Source: Geosiphon pyriformis uo1 | Taxonomy: Eukaryota; Fungi; Glomeromycota | DNA length: 64,000 bases | Assembly: GCA_016748015.1 (NCBI GenBank) | Contig: JAAOMT010000303.1 | Location: forward strand, 372,001-436,000 | Reading direction: 5' to 3' | In this document: piece by piece, positions 39,101-51,959 of the stretch | Numbering within the stretch: position 1 is the first letter of the stretch | How the letters are laid out: every line of letters starts with the position of its first letter | Notes under the pieces: model-generated | What the model was told of the DNA's origin: nothing | The model's database searches: none | What the model saw: only the letters and a program-made list of their open reading frames with translations | Program-made: the position numbers and the translations under genes

Positions 39101-41794
39101 CTCAATAAACTTTACCACTACTCTCATGATGCTGAAATGATTTTTGACTTAGCAATGGCATTGATCAATGGAGCCACTGAAGAAGATGTTCACCAAATGA
39201 AAGAAGCTGAATATATTGAGTATATCATAGAATTAGCTGGATTTGATTATGAAGATGAAGTAGAAACCTACCACCAAATTGCAAGCCACACATATCCGAC
39301 CAAAGAAGCTCAAATTCAATGATTAGAGCAAATAAACATTCAATTGTGTGAAGAATGTGTCATGCCTTGTGATGACCAATGGTGTTTAGAATGTTATGCT
39401 CTTAGCATTCCTCTGCCAGATGGGAATGATGAAAATAAAATCGAATTTGGAGTATCTGAACTAGTAGAAAAACTACCAACCACTCCCATTTATCTTCTTG
39501 AAAAGCAACCATTTCTACAACTTAAATATTTTGACAACCATGGCCAAGGAATCAGACCAGAAAAAGCACACGAAATTGATGCTGAATATAACCTAAGATA
39601 CCCAGGAAAAAATACTTTGATTCTCCAACCAAAGTCTTTGACAAAAATCAATCTAAAAATTGCTCTTGAAATTTCACCAGGAACAATGGTTCAAATTGCC
39701 TCCAGATTATCATTGGCAAGCAAAGAAATCAATATTAGAGGAGGAGTTATAGATGCAGGATACACTGAAGACATTACCATCATGTTACAGAATGAGACAA
39801 ACAAACCATTCAAAATTGAACATGCTGAAAAAATTGCTCAAGCAATTTACTTACCCTTAATCAACATTTCGGGTTTACAATCAATAAACAACAGAGAACA
39901 ATTGGGAAAAAGTGAAAGAGGAACTCAAGGTTTTGGTTCAATTGGACAATTTACAGTTCCAGTAAACATAGCTCTTAATACACAAAATAAATTTCACCAG
40001 ATTCTTTAACTTCCTCAACCAATTACCATTTCACCTTTTGGAGAACATCACGAAATTTACACTTGTTCAAAACCCACTACTACTCAACAAATCTTTGAAT
40101 CCAATGAACAAATTTGTTTGAAGCATAAAATATCAATTCCAAACGTTTATATTCCCAAAGGAATGAAAAAATTTTGAGTTATATTCTACAACCCCAATAA
40201 TTACCCTATTGTCTTATTAAACAAATTAGAAATTGGAATCATATACAGCAATATCTTTCAAGATGAAAACCCTCAAATTGTCTCTAATTTCATCGAAATT
40301 GTAAAGCACACTTTACTCCCAAATTCAAATATCATTCTCACTACTGAAAACTACCACTTGTTGGAAAAAAAACTCTCTCAAATCAATATGGGTCCCTTAG
40401 AATCTCAACAACAAAGACAATTGAAACAATTGATAGCTGAATTTGCAGATATATTTGCAAAAGACAACAATGACTTGGGAAAAACAAACATTGTTCAACA
40501 TCAGATCCATACAGGAGATGCTCTATCAAAACGTCAACAAGCCTATTGAGTGCCACCTGCCAGCCACCAATTCATCAGAGAAGAGATCCAAAGAATGCTC
40601 AATAATGGATTGATTCAACCATTAAGAAGTTTTTGGGCCTTACTAGTAGTTTTAGTTAAAAAGAAAAACGGAAAAATCAGAATCTGTGTTGATTATAGAC
40701 AACTGAATAGTGTTACAATTGGAGATGCCTACCCTCTTCCAAGAATTAATGACATGCTAGATGCTCTAGGAAAAACCAAGTTCTTCTCAACTTTAGACTT
40801 AGAAAGTGGATATTGGTAAGTCGAAATAAACCCAAAAGACCGATCCAAAACAGCATTCACCACTCAAGAAAGAAACTATGAATTCAATATTATGCTTTTT
40901 GGACTCTACAATGCACTAGCAACATTCCAATGACTCATGGATGTTGTATATAAAAGACTCTTATGGCAATCAGTAGTTGTTTATCTTTATAACACTGATG
41001 TATACTTACCAAGCTTTGAAGCCCATCTTATTCATCTGTGAGAAGTTTTTCAATGACTACGGAAAGCAGAATTAAAGTTAAATATTGAGAAATGTTACTT
41101 TGGAAAAACAAGCTTAATCTTTCTTGGACACATGGTTAGCAAAGATGGAGTCAAACCAAACCCTGGAACAATTAGTGCTGTCAAAAACTTCCAAACCCCA
41201 AAAAATACCACAGAGCTACAAGAATTTGTAGAATTAGCCTCTTATTATCGAAAATTCATTAAAAGATTCTCAGAAATTGCCAAACCACTCAATTATCTCA
41301 CCAATAAAAATGTGCCATACAAATGGACTGAAGAACAACAAAAAGCATTTGAAATCCTCAAAACAAAGCTGACAACAGCCCCAGTTCTTGCTTATCCAAA
41401 CTTCAACAAACGATTTCAACTAGCCACTGATGTTTTACACATAGCATTTGGTGCTATCTTATCACAAATAGATGAAAAGGGGCAAGAACAAGTCATTGCT
41501 TATGCTAGTAGAACACTCAAACCAACAGAACTAAAATACGGCTCAACTGAATTAAAAGCTGCTGCAGTTATTTGGGCTCTTAAACATTTTTAACAATATC
41601 TGAAGAATGGAAAAGAATTTGACATAATAACAGACAACATTGGCCTCAAATGGCTCAATAAAAAGAAAACTGAACAAAGTGCCAAACAGTCTCGATGGAA
41701 TGACTTCCTAGCAGACTACAGATATATTGTACATCACAAACCAGGAAAACTACATACCAATGTTAATAGCCTCTCAAGAATGAAACAAAATTAA
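36173..41794 (+). pseudogene. A3 Gag-PR-Cys-rich-dUTPase-RT-RNase H
   Basis: CYYCGIPGHWKRDC, LILDSG, GVIDAGYT, RGTQGFGSIG, RT (YLDD decayed to YLYN), RNase H ending LSRMKQN-TAA. Confidence 0.93.
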
Positions 41795-41851
41795 TACCAA
41801 CAACAATTCCACCACAACTTACCAACTTACCAACAAAATAACCAAACAAGA

Positions 41852-43076
41852 ATGAATCCCAGAAATTACAGCAATCTTAAAAATTATTTAGAGACTCTTA
41901 TCATGCCAGAAAACTGGTTTCCAAGTGAAAAACACCACTTACAACACCAATTAAAACAATATTTTATACACTAGAACAAAATCTATTATAAAAATTACAG
42001 AAAACCAAACCAGCCACTCAGATTAGTACAAGAGAATGAAAAAAAAACAATTTTATACAACATGCACACAGATCCGTCTTTAGCACACTTGGGAGAAGAG
42101 AGAACAATTCAAAGAACCCTTGAATATTATTTTTGGCCTCACTGCAAAAAAACATTTGACAATATGTAGAATCTTGTAATAGCTGTCAAAGAAGAGGAGG
42201 AACTTGCCCCACAGAACCTTTAAATCCAATCAAAATTGGACAATCTTTTGACAGAGTTGGAATTGATTTAGTCAGACCATTACCTATTACAACCCAAGGA
42301 AATCATTATATTGCAGTTGCAGTGGATTATCTTACCAAATGGCCTGAAGTTAGAGCCATCCAAAGAGCAGATGCAAAATCAGTAGCAAATTTCATCTATG
42401 AAGACATTATCTGTAGACATGGATGCCCAATTGAACTCTTATCTGATCAAGGAACACATTTTGTGAACAACTTGATACAAGAAATTTGTAAACAGTTCAA
42501 TGTCAAAAGACCTCTATTATCACCTTATTACTCTCAAACAAATAGACTTGTAGAATGTTTCAACAGAACATTGTGTGAATCTCTAGCCAAAGTCTCAACA
42601 GACTTTGAGCAGGAATANNNNNNNNNNNNNNNNNNNNNNNNNNNNNNNNNNNTAGTACACAAAAAAAAAAAAAAAGAATAGCAGCAACTCATATTGAACA
42701 TTCCCAAGCTCAACAAAAAGAAAGACATAACAACAAATTACCACCTATTACCAACAAATTTAAAGTTGGAAATAAAGTTTTCTTACACAGAACTAAGGCT
42801 GAAAAACAATGGAGTGGGAAATTTGAAAACAAATGGGATGGACCATTTTATATTCACGAAATTCTAGGCAATGGATCATATAAGTTAAGACTTGATGACA
42901 AAATATTAGCAAAAGTTGCACATAGAGACAGATTGAAACACTATCATTCCAGAAACAATCTTGAACCATTAATTTCACAAATTGGTACACATTCCCCTTT
43001 AATTAATTCTGAAGATATTCCCCGAAATTTAGAACCAATAATTATAATAGAACAACAACCAAACTTGAACACTTAA
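41852..43076 (+). pseudogene. A3 integrase ORF (contains N gap)
   Basis: ATG at 41852, SDQGTHF, WDGPF. Confidence 0.9.
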
Positions 43077-43260
43077 ATTTTAGAATAATTCTCTAATAAA
43101 AACACAAAGACAAAAATAGTAAATAATTACAAAACACCCAAACCCAAAAACAAATAAAAACCCCATATCCAAAAATAATTTTCTTTATTCTCTCTTTTCA
43201 TAATTAGTCAATTTTATCATGATTATTCTCTGAAACATTCAACAAATATCCCAAAAATTA

Positions 43261-43926
43261 ATGTTAGCCTTGAAAACACTCTCTGACTTATCTATAACGA
43301 TTAATAGAAGTCAAATTAATTACATTCAGAAAGAAATCACAGCCCCAGTAGCAAATCATTTACAGAATTATCACCCCTATAGAAGAAAAACAAGAAGTCA
43401 CTTTGAGAATAGATTACCAAAACTTTTGAAGCAAGCACTAGAAGAAAATCTTTTAATTGCTCCTATTGACATTCCACCAAATGCTACAATGCAACAAAAA
43501 CTTTTATTACTTCTCAATAAACAGAACAATGAACACATCCCTATCTATAAATACTTTCACATTGGAAAAACACTTTATGAACGAAAACTGGAACTTGAAG
43601 CAACAAATCTCACTCCTGAAGCTATACAAAAACAAATCTACAATAAATTCAAAACAGCAGCTGGACCAATAAACACTCACTACAAACTTAGAGCAGCTCT
43701 TAGACTCTATAACTTGTTTAATATTTGTGAAAATGTTCTACAAAATCCAATACTGCAACCAATAAAAGTCCAATATATTGGCAAACTCACAGAACTGAAA
43801 TTTCAACAATTTTCAGACCAGATTACTTCAATTATTTTAGATCACTATCTCAATATTACAGATAGTGCTTGGACTTTGACGGAGCTCAGTTTTGAGAAGA
43901 AGATTATGTTACCAGTAAAATTTTAG
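43261..43926 (+). CDS. A3 ORF3, open 221-aa copy of the unknown accessory protein (likely true start 43219)
   Basis: Uninterrupted ORF conserved with A1 and A2. Overlaps the PPT and 3' LTR start. No obvious signal peptide or transmembrane segment. Confidence 0.75.
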   Translation: MLALKTLSDLSITINRSQINYIQKEITAPVANHLQNYHPYRRKTRSHFENRLPKLLKQALEENLLIAPIDIPPNATMQQKLLLLLNKQNNEHIPIYKYFHIGKTLYERKLELEATNLTPEAIQKQIYNKFKTAAGPINTHYKLRAALRLYNLFNICENVLQNPILQPIKVQYIGKLTELKFQQFSDQITSIILDHYLNITDSAWTLTELSFEKKIMLPVKF

Positions 43927-44899
43927 CTATTAATTAGCATGAAATTACTCTTATAATTCCTATAATTAATCAGTATATTAATATCATTTCAAATTATCAT
44001 TTATTATTTAATCAATTATCACATATCACGATTCAATTAAAATAATCTAATTAGTATAACAGAAAGTAGGATGATCAAATTACACAATACTCTGAACTTT
44101 GTAACATTCAAAAATTCGCCGAAATTTACAGAAATTTGCCAAAATTTACAGAAATTCGCCGAAATTATGAATAGTTCACCCAAATTAATCAATAGTTCAG
44201 CGAAATAACTTGTAGTTCATCAAAATGTATCTTTAGTTTGCCGAAATTTGAGCAAAGAGAAAAAGTGCAAGTTCATAGACTAGTACTACAACAAGTTGTA
44301 TAAAAGAAGAGCTTTTCTCTTCTGAAAAATGTATCTTACTTTAGATTTATTACTTAGAACCATTCTTACACACACAAAAAGAAATAAATATCAAATAATT
44401 CGAAAAACCAAATTCTTTAATTATTGCACTTGGAAAATCCTCAAAACCCAATTAACGTTTTGAAATTGATTAGCTACCAATTTCAGTAAACTGTTAGTGA
44501 CTCCAGGCCTGGATAGAAAACATTTCCCTTGATAAAATCCTATTTCTTTTACATTTCTTTTATTTTTTTCTTTTCTTTTCTTATTACAATTATTAAGGTA
44601 GCCTACAGATGAGATTTCTGTAGAAGAGTTGACTTTCACAGCAAAGTAACTACACATTTTTAGTGAGCTTCCAGACGAGCAATTCCTGGAAAAGAGTTGA
44701 TGTTTACTACAACATAACTACATAAAGTAACTGGCAAGGAATTGGCCATTCCACTTATAAGCCCAGCAGTTCAAATTATAAAAGATAATTTGAAAATAAA
44801 TTCAGTTATTGGAAGTTCAACTACTTCTAGAAAACATGAATTTGCAACCAACAAACAGTTACAACATTTAAGAAAAGAGACCAAAAACCTCTGATAACA

Positions 44900-46188
44900 A
44901 TGTCTACATGGATGGCTTGTTAAAAAATGCTGGAACTGCTGATGTTACTGGCGGTGCAGCTGCATATTTTTCTTCAATGAATCTGAATGTTGGTGTTAGG
45001 GTTTATGGTTTATTGTCTTCCACTCTATCTGAATTGCAGGCAGTTGCTTTGGCATTGGAGTGTGTCACATCCTCTTGTACTGTAGTATTGTATCTTGACA
45101 GCCAGGCTGCCATTGATGTGTGTGTATCTAAAATATCTCTGGCAGTGTCTGACTTTTGTGTTCCATGCTGGATAGAAAGACGTTACATTTTTAATTTCGT
45201 TAGAGATAAAGATCTTGCCATAAGTTGGATAAAGGTCAAAGACCATTCTGAGATTGTAGGTAATGTGAAGGTGAATGCTGCTGCTGGTTATACTACATGT
45301 TTTAAATTTTTTTTGCCTGTTGGAGTGCATGAATGTTTTTTGGTGGCAAAAAATACAGTCATGTCTGGCAATGCCCACCATTTTGTTAGAGATGTGTTTC
45401 AGTCTATTTGTTGTGCTTGTTGAAAGGCTGGTCCTGGCCAGGATGTTGTTCCAAGTAATCTGGTTGGGTGTGTGGACTGGAATGTTATGGCTAAGGTATG
45501 GCATCCTGATTCCCATATGCTTGCTGGTTTTACTAGTCGGAAATTTTCTGGTTTGTGTACATATTTGATGAAAGCTGTGCACCAATGGCTGCCTGTTGTA
45601 ATTAGAAAAAAATTGTATAATAGGAAGTACTCTGGCATATTGTGTTTATTGTGTAGTGAGGTGAAGGTGCCTAATTATGTTTTTACGTGTGTATTGGATG
45701 CTGGAGTTCGAAAAAAGATTTTGGCTAAAGCCTTTGCATCTTGGATTTCTTTGTTGGGTGTTGTCAGCATGGCTTCTTTTGCTGTTTTGTGGGATCTTGG
45801 TTGATGCTCTTTGGATGTTAGTTTGTATTCAGTTTTATGCAAGAAGTTTGTGCTTAAAAACTGGTATAAGGAAGCTGTCAATGTTTTTGACAGGAAAGAG
45901 GAGGCTTTCCACATGATTGTTGGGTTTGTTCGGTGGTTTGCTGAGTTGTATTGCTTTAAAATTTGGCTGGTAAGATGTAAACATAGAGTGGAAATGGAAA
46001 GAACAGGCTTGGTGGGTGATGGTGGAGTAGTGTCAGGTTTGTCACATTGTGTTGGGTCTTTGCTGTCAAAGGGGGTAGTTAGAATGCTTGGTGTTATTGA
46101 GTCTTTTGCAGTTAATTTTGGCCAGCAGTGGTTGTGTTTTATTTTCACCAGTTTAGATTGTAACTCTTGTGTTGTTTTAGGTGTATAG
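44900..46188 (+). pseudogene. LINE ORF2 part 4: RNase H and C-terminal zinc finger
   Basis: DVYMDGLL (VYTDGS), ELQAVALAL, LDSQAAI, WIKVKDHSEIVGN, CLLC; stop at 46188. Confidence 0.92.
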
Positions 46189-46321
46189 TGTTGTTTTGTC
46201 TGGCTTGAGTGGCTAGCCACATGTGGAAAATGTGTGAGTTGTATCTAGTTTTAATCACTTAGTCTGATTTTGTATACTAGATAGCAGTTGGGACTTCACT
46301 CATTAAAAGCTAAAATAAAAT
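46189..46321 (+). other. LINE 3' UTR with palindromes, ATTAAA and A-rich tail
   Basis: GTGGCTAGCCAC palindrome at 46209-46220 and a TATCTAGT...ACTAGATA stem. Homologous to the tails at about 5480-5600, 6508-6630, 7340-7465, 51960-52050 and 53510-53630. Confidence 0.8.
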
Positions 46322-46869
46322 AAAAATTATCTTAATTATTAAAAAACAAATTACTATAATTAATAACAATAGTATATATATTATTATTAAATCAAAAAAA
46401 TTACCAAAAAAAAATGATAATAATATATGTTTAAATATATAATAGTAATTAAAAAAATAATTATTTATAAACAAAAACTTGTTATATAAATAACAACTAA
46501 AATTTTATAATTAATTTAATAAAATTATAAAAAATATAAAGTTTTTAAAAAAACAACTTAAATAATACAAATAAAAATTTTAAATATTATATGATTAGAT
46601 ATCTTTAAAGTTTTAATTATTATAAAAAGAACCAAAACTTTTATATAAAGTTTTAATTTTTAAATACAAAACTTATTTTATTTTAAATATTAAATATTTT
46701 ATTAACAAAAAATTTCATTAAACTAATTAGTTTTAGGTTAAACAAGATTTTTTAATTAAAATATTTCATAAATAATTTAATTTTATTAAAGTTAAATTAA
46801 TTTTAAAAAAGTATATTATAGTTAAAAATTATAGTTTTATTAAATATTATATATATTAAATAAATAATA

Positions 46870-49500
46870 TTATAAAACTTTTTCTTTTTTTTAATTTTAT
46901 AATCATAATTAAAGCAAAAGTAAAAAAATTTTAAACATTGTTTTTTTTATAATAATTAATAAAGTTTTAATATGAAAATATTTTTTTGTTATCAAAACAA
47001 CTAAGCAAAATGCTTTAGTAATATTTTTTTAAATATGAATAGTAAAAATTGTTTTTGACAACTTTTAAAGCATTTTTTTTATTTTTAACTAATAATTTTT
47101 TCTTAATTAAAGTTTTTTCTAAAAAATACATTTAGATCAATTCTAGTATTGTTTTTATTTTTTCTAAAAACCCAAAAGTTTTTAATAATAAGCCAGTTAA
47201 TAAGCTGGTTTTTTTTATTTTTACTATTATTATTACTTTTTTACAAATAATTAAAAAAGTTAAAAACTTAAATAATAATAATAGTTACTTGTATTTGTTA
47301 TTATTATACTGAACTTTTTTGTGATTTTAGATGAGATCTTAAAAAATTTTTTTAATAATATTTAGCTCTTTTTTTAATATAAGTAATAATAATAACAGCA
47401 AATTTTTTAAAATAAGCCAAAATTAATTATTAATTGTATTGTTAAATATAATGTTTTTTAGCAAATTATTATTGGTTTTTAAAGCAAAACAATTTATTAG
47501 ATTATTTAATTTTAAGAATTGAATTGATTAAATAGAAACAAAATCAATTTTTTTTGGTTTTTTAGTACTATTAATAATAGTATTTTCAAACCAATTTTTA
47601 ATTATCAAAGATTTTTTGAATAAATAATCTTTACTTTAATATCTAATATTATATTCAAAATTAAATTGGCTTTAATTATTTTTTTGTTGGATATAAGTTA
47701 ATTTTAAAAGATAATATTAAGCTATTTTATATAAATTTTGTTTTTAAATCTTTCTTAATTGCTATTATTAAAGTTTTTATTAATGGTTTTTTTTCTTAAT
47801 TACACTTAAAATTGCAAAATTTTTTGTAGTAATTTCTGGTTTTTTTTTCATCTTTGTTATACTTTATAATATATTTTTTAATATATTGTTATAGTTAAAA
47901 CTCATATTTTTTATTAGTTATCACATGTATTAACTACTGATATCATATAATTAGCCAACTTATTTTTAGATAGTAATTATTGACCTGATTAATAACTTAA
48001 CTATTAACTTAATTATTGACCTAATTATTAATCTGGTTATTAACCACTTTTAATAATTATATAAGTAATAAGTCTCTTTGCTATAGAAAAATATAATCAA
48101 AGTAACAAAATAAAATCCACTATTAAATACTTTTTTTATATTAATTATTCTTTTTTCCTTACCTTTAAGTATCTGAACATTTTGGAATAAAAGATTACTT
48201 GTTAGCATTCACATATTTTATCTTTTCTTTTTTTTGATTTGTATTATTAGAATTAGTCTGAAAAGCAATTGTTTGTTTTTGTAATTTATTAAATAAAAAA
48301 ACAATTAAAAAGCACAATAATATCTGTTATTAATTCTAAAAATTGCTGAGTTAAGACATAGAATAATAGCAACAGTATTATTTTGTTAATAATTACAAAC
48401 TATTTCTTTACCTTCAGATTTCCAAAAAAAATTTACAACTGTGATTTTTATGAGACTAATCATGCATATTGAATCCTTACTTATTTAATTTGCTCCTATA
48501 TTGTAATTCTTTTTTTGATTATTTTTATCATCTTACAATTTTGTTTTTTTTTGCTATTTGTTAGCTTGTTATTTTAATCTGTAACAATATTTTCTAATAA
48601 TATTAAGAATATTTTTGATATTTTTAGTGTTGTTATTTTAATTAAATTAAAATTTATTGAGTTGTAATAATATGTTATTATTAATTTTATAAATTTTTTG
48701 TCTGTTGTTACTGTTTTTATAATTGGTTTGTGTTAATTAAAAAAACAGTATTAGAATTTTTCTTCTATTTAATCAAAAAAAATTATTATTTTAAGAAACA
48801 ATTTTAAAATTAAATTAATTTTTTTTTTTGGTTGTATTGTTTTTAAAATTAGTACTATAATTTCTCAGGTTGGTAATTATACTTGCTTTATTTTCTGTTT
48901 TTCTGATTTTTATTATTATTAATTTTTTATTGTTATAATATTTAAATTTTATAAATTTATAAATTTTGTTATTATAAAAACTAATACTTTATATAAGTAT
49001 TATATTTAATAAAAAACTTTTAAATATTGTTATTGCTATAGATATTAAAAATTTAAACATTTGTCTGTTAATTATAAAATAATAATAATATTTTTTTTCA
49101 AATTGTTTATTAAGTTTTCTATTGGCTTCAAGTTTTTTGTGTTTTTTTTATTAATAAAAAATTTTATATTAAAACTTCTGTTTTTTTAGCTTTATTTTTT
49201 GTTGTTTCTTTAACTGTATTTATTGTTGATTTTGTTATTAAATTTAGATTAAATTTCTTGAATTCTCAAATCTTAAGTTTGATTGTTTTAATTAAATTTG
49301 TTATTAAACTTATTGGTTTTTTTGTTATTTTAGTTACTACTTTTTTAAATATTTTTTTTGTTTTGTATATAAAAATTAAAGATTTAGTTTTCAATATTTA
49401 AAATAAAATATCTGTTTTTAATAAAACTATAGATTAATTTTTTTTAATTATAGCAATAATTAAAACTAAGTGTGGTTTTAATAATATATATAAATAAGTA
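46870..49500 (+). mobile_element. ORF1-only (HAL1-like) element, copy 3, strongly eroded, with solo LTR insertion
   Basis: 46905-47700 aligns by eye with 2644-3440; 48590-49490 aligns with 4500-5400. Confidence 0.7.
47887..48586 (+). mobile_element. Solo LTR of Gypsy family B
   Basis: TGTTATAG...GTAACA, TSD ATAT (47883-47886, 48587-48590), 12-bp TATTGACCT-type repeats. Homologous to 55368-56113. Confidence 0.88.
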
Positions 49501-49779
49501 TAATATTAGTTTATTTAAATTTTATATCAAATTAATTATTCTTTGAGAATATTAATCTAATAATATTAAATCTAACTTAAATATAACTATAAAATAGCTA
49601 AATAACTTGATTAAAAATAGTAGTATATTGGTTGTTATTATAAATAAAATATCTTTTCAAAATAGATTTTTTTTTAAATTTAATGTAATTTAACTTAAAT
49701 TAGACTTATGTTTAAATATATGTAAAATAATTTATAAATTATATTTAATTTAAATTATTTAGTTTAATATATTGTATTA

Positions 49780-49990
49780 AATATAGTTAAATTATAATTA
49801 TTAATTTAATTAATAATTTAGTTATTAATCTAATTATTAATCTAATTGTTAATTTAATTATTAATTTTTTTAATAATTATATAATAATAAATTTTTTAAT
49901 TATAAAAAATATAAAATAAAAAACATTATTATAAATAATTTTTAAATTTATTTAAGTTTTTATAACTTAATATTTAGTTTAATAATTTTT
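49780..49990 (+). repeat. Eroded fragment of a family B LTR
   Basis: Degenerate 12-bp array (TATTAATCTAAT) followed by TTTTAATAATTATATAA...TATAAAAA, as in family B LTRs. Confidence 0.5.
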
Positions 49991-51959
49991 TAATTTGAAG
50001 ATTTTTTTAAAGATTTTAATATTAAGTTTTTTATATAATAAACAAAAATTTAATATTTATAAAAGATAATTAATATTTAACTTTTTAGTATAATAATTAG
50101 TTTATTTTAGTGCTTTTTACTTTTTTAATAAGCAATCCTAACTTTTAATTATATTTTATACTTTTTTTTAATGTTTTTTATTAAATAATCTTTAATATTA
50201 TAATTTCAGTATTTTTAATTAATTAATTAATAAACATAAAATAAAACAAAAAAAGAAAATAAAAAATTAATATTTTGTTAATAATTATAGTTAATTTATT
50301 ATTTTAGTATTGTTAATAAAATTGTATTAATATTAATAATATTAATAAAAAAATAAATAAATTTTAACAAAATAAGTATATATTTATAAATTTAAAGTTT
50401 AAATAATATAAACAATAAATTTATTTTAAAGAAATATAAACTTTAAGTATTAAATAACTAATTATAAAAACTACTTAATAAAATATAATTAAGCTTGTTT
50501 TTAATTTAATTTGTCTTTTTTTCTGTTTTTAATACTTTTGCTATATATATATAAATATTTATAATACAAAATTTTTATAATTTTTATAATTTTTTTGAGT
50601 TATTATTAGAATTTTAATATTCTTGAAAATTTTAATATCATATGTTTTAATAATTTCTATTATATTATTAGATATCTAAATTATTTTTTGTTTTTTATTT
50701 TTTATTTTATTTTATTTTATAATAATAATATATTTTTTTTTAATATTAATTTTAATAAAATTTTTTAAATTTTTTTTTGATAAATTTAGGTATTATAATA
50801 TTAAAAATTTTTGTTTTTAGTTTTATAAATTATGAATTAGTTATTTTTTTTAGTTAATTTGTTATTAATATTTTTATAATTAAATATATTAGTATTTTAT
50901 TATATTTATTAAATATTATATATAGTTAATATATTTTTTTTAAATGAGTTATTAAATTGTTTTTTTCAATAAAATGGTTTATTTATTATATTATTTTTTT
51001 GTCAAATACTTTCTTGAATCTGTTATTATATAAAGTTTAAATATTTAGTTATTGTCTTAAATAATAATAATAATAATAATCTATTAAAAATTGTTTTTTT
51101 TTGTTTTTTTAGTTATTTTTTATTGGCTTTCTGAATTAAACAACTATTAATAAATTTTTGAAAGTTTTTTTACTTTTTTAATAATTTTTTTACATAATTG
51201 TCTGATTATATTTATGATTTATTATTTTATATTGTTTTTTTTAAGTGCTTTTATAGCAAATTTTTTAGTTGTTAATTGTTATTTTTATGTTCAATTTTTT
51301 ATTTTTTAATATTTAAAATAATTATTAAGCAATTAAGTAAATATTGTTTGTAATTTCTATTTTATTGGGCTGTTTTGTCATATTTTAAAAGTATTTATAT
51401 ACTTTTTTTAATTTTGTAATATATTAGTTTTAATAATAATAATTGGTTTTAAATCTTATATAATTTTATTTAATTTAATTAGTATTTTTGATGCTTTAAT
51501 TATAATATATTAAATATTAATAATATTTTGATATAATATAATTTTAGTCAATTATTATGTATTATTTGGTCAAAATTTTGTTTTTTTATCATAATTTATA
51601 TGTTTTATTTCTAAGTATTTTTTAATATAAAATAATTTATTTTATTTTAAATTAAAATTTTTATTTTATTGTTTTTTATTTTAGTATAATATAATAGTAT
51701 TTTGTTTCTAATTTTAAAATTTAGCTAATTTGTTTAATAATTAACTATCATGTTTTTTTTTATAATGTTTTAATATTATTAGCTGCTTTTTTTTTGTTTT
51801 TTAATATTTTTATTAAGTTATATGTTTATTTTAATAATATTTCTTAAAATATGATTTTTGTTATTGGTTTTTTTAAATATGTTGTTAATTTTTTCTATTA
51901 ATAATATTGCTGTTTTATTATTATTATTATATACAAGTAATGTCTAATTACTATTTAAT

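Larger units (their letters stand above)
35114..44899 (+). mobile_element. Gypsy family A, copy A3 (divergent subfamily)
   Basis: LTRs at 35114-36127 and 43907-44899, TSD ATGT (35110-35113, 44900-44903). Same domain order as A1 with many synonymous differences. Assembly gap at 42618-42652. Confidence 0.97.
10062..46321 (+). mobile_element. Full-length LINE (ORF1 + APE-RT-RNase H-ZnF ORF2) split by three Gypsy insertions
   Basis: TSD AAATATTATCTTAAT (10047-10061) vs AAAAATTATCTTAAT (46322-46336). A-rich tail. ORF2 reads through all three junctions once the inserts and one TSD copy each are removed; reconstructed length about 6.75 kb. Confidence 0.93.

Noticed and set aside
42618-42652. Apparent deletion in A3 integrase
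   Set aside because: Coincides with a 35-N assembly gap; about 200 bp present in A1 are simply unresolved.
50000-51950. Possible eroded Gypsy coding remnant on the minus strand
   Set aside because: No motif could be recovered reliably by eye.
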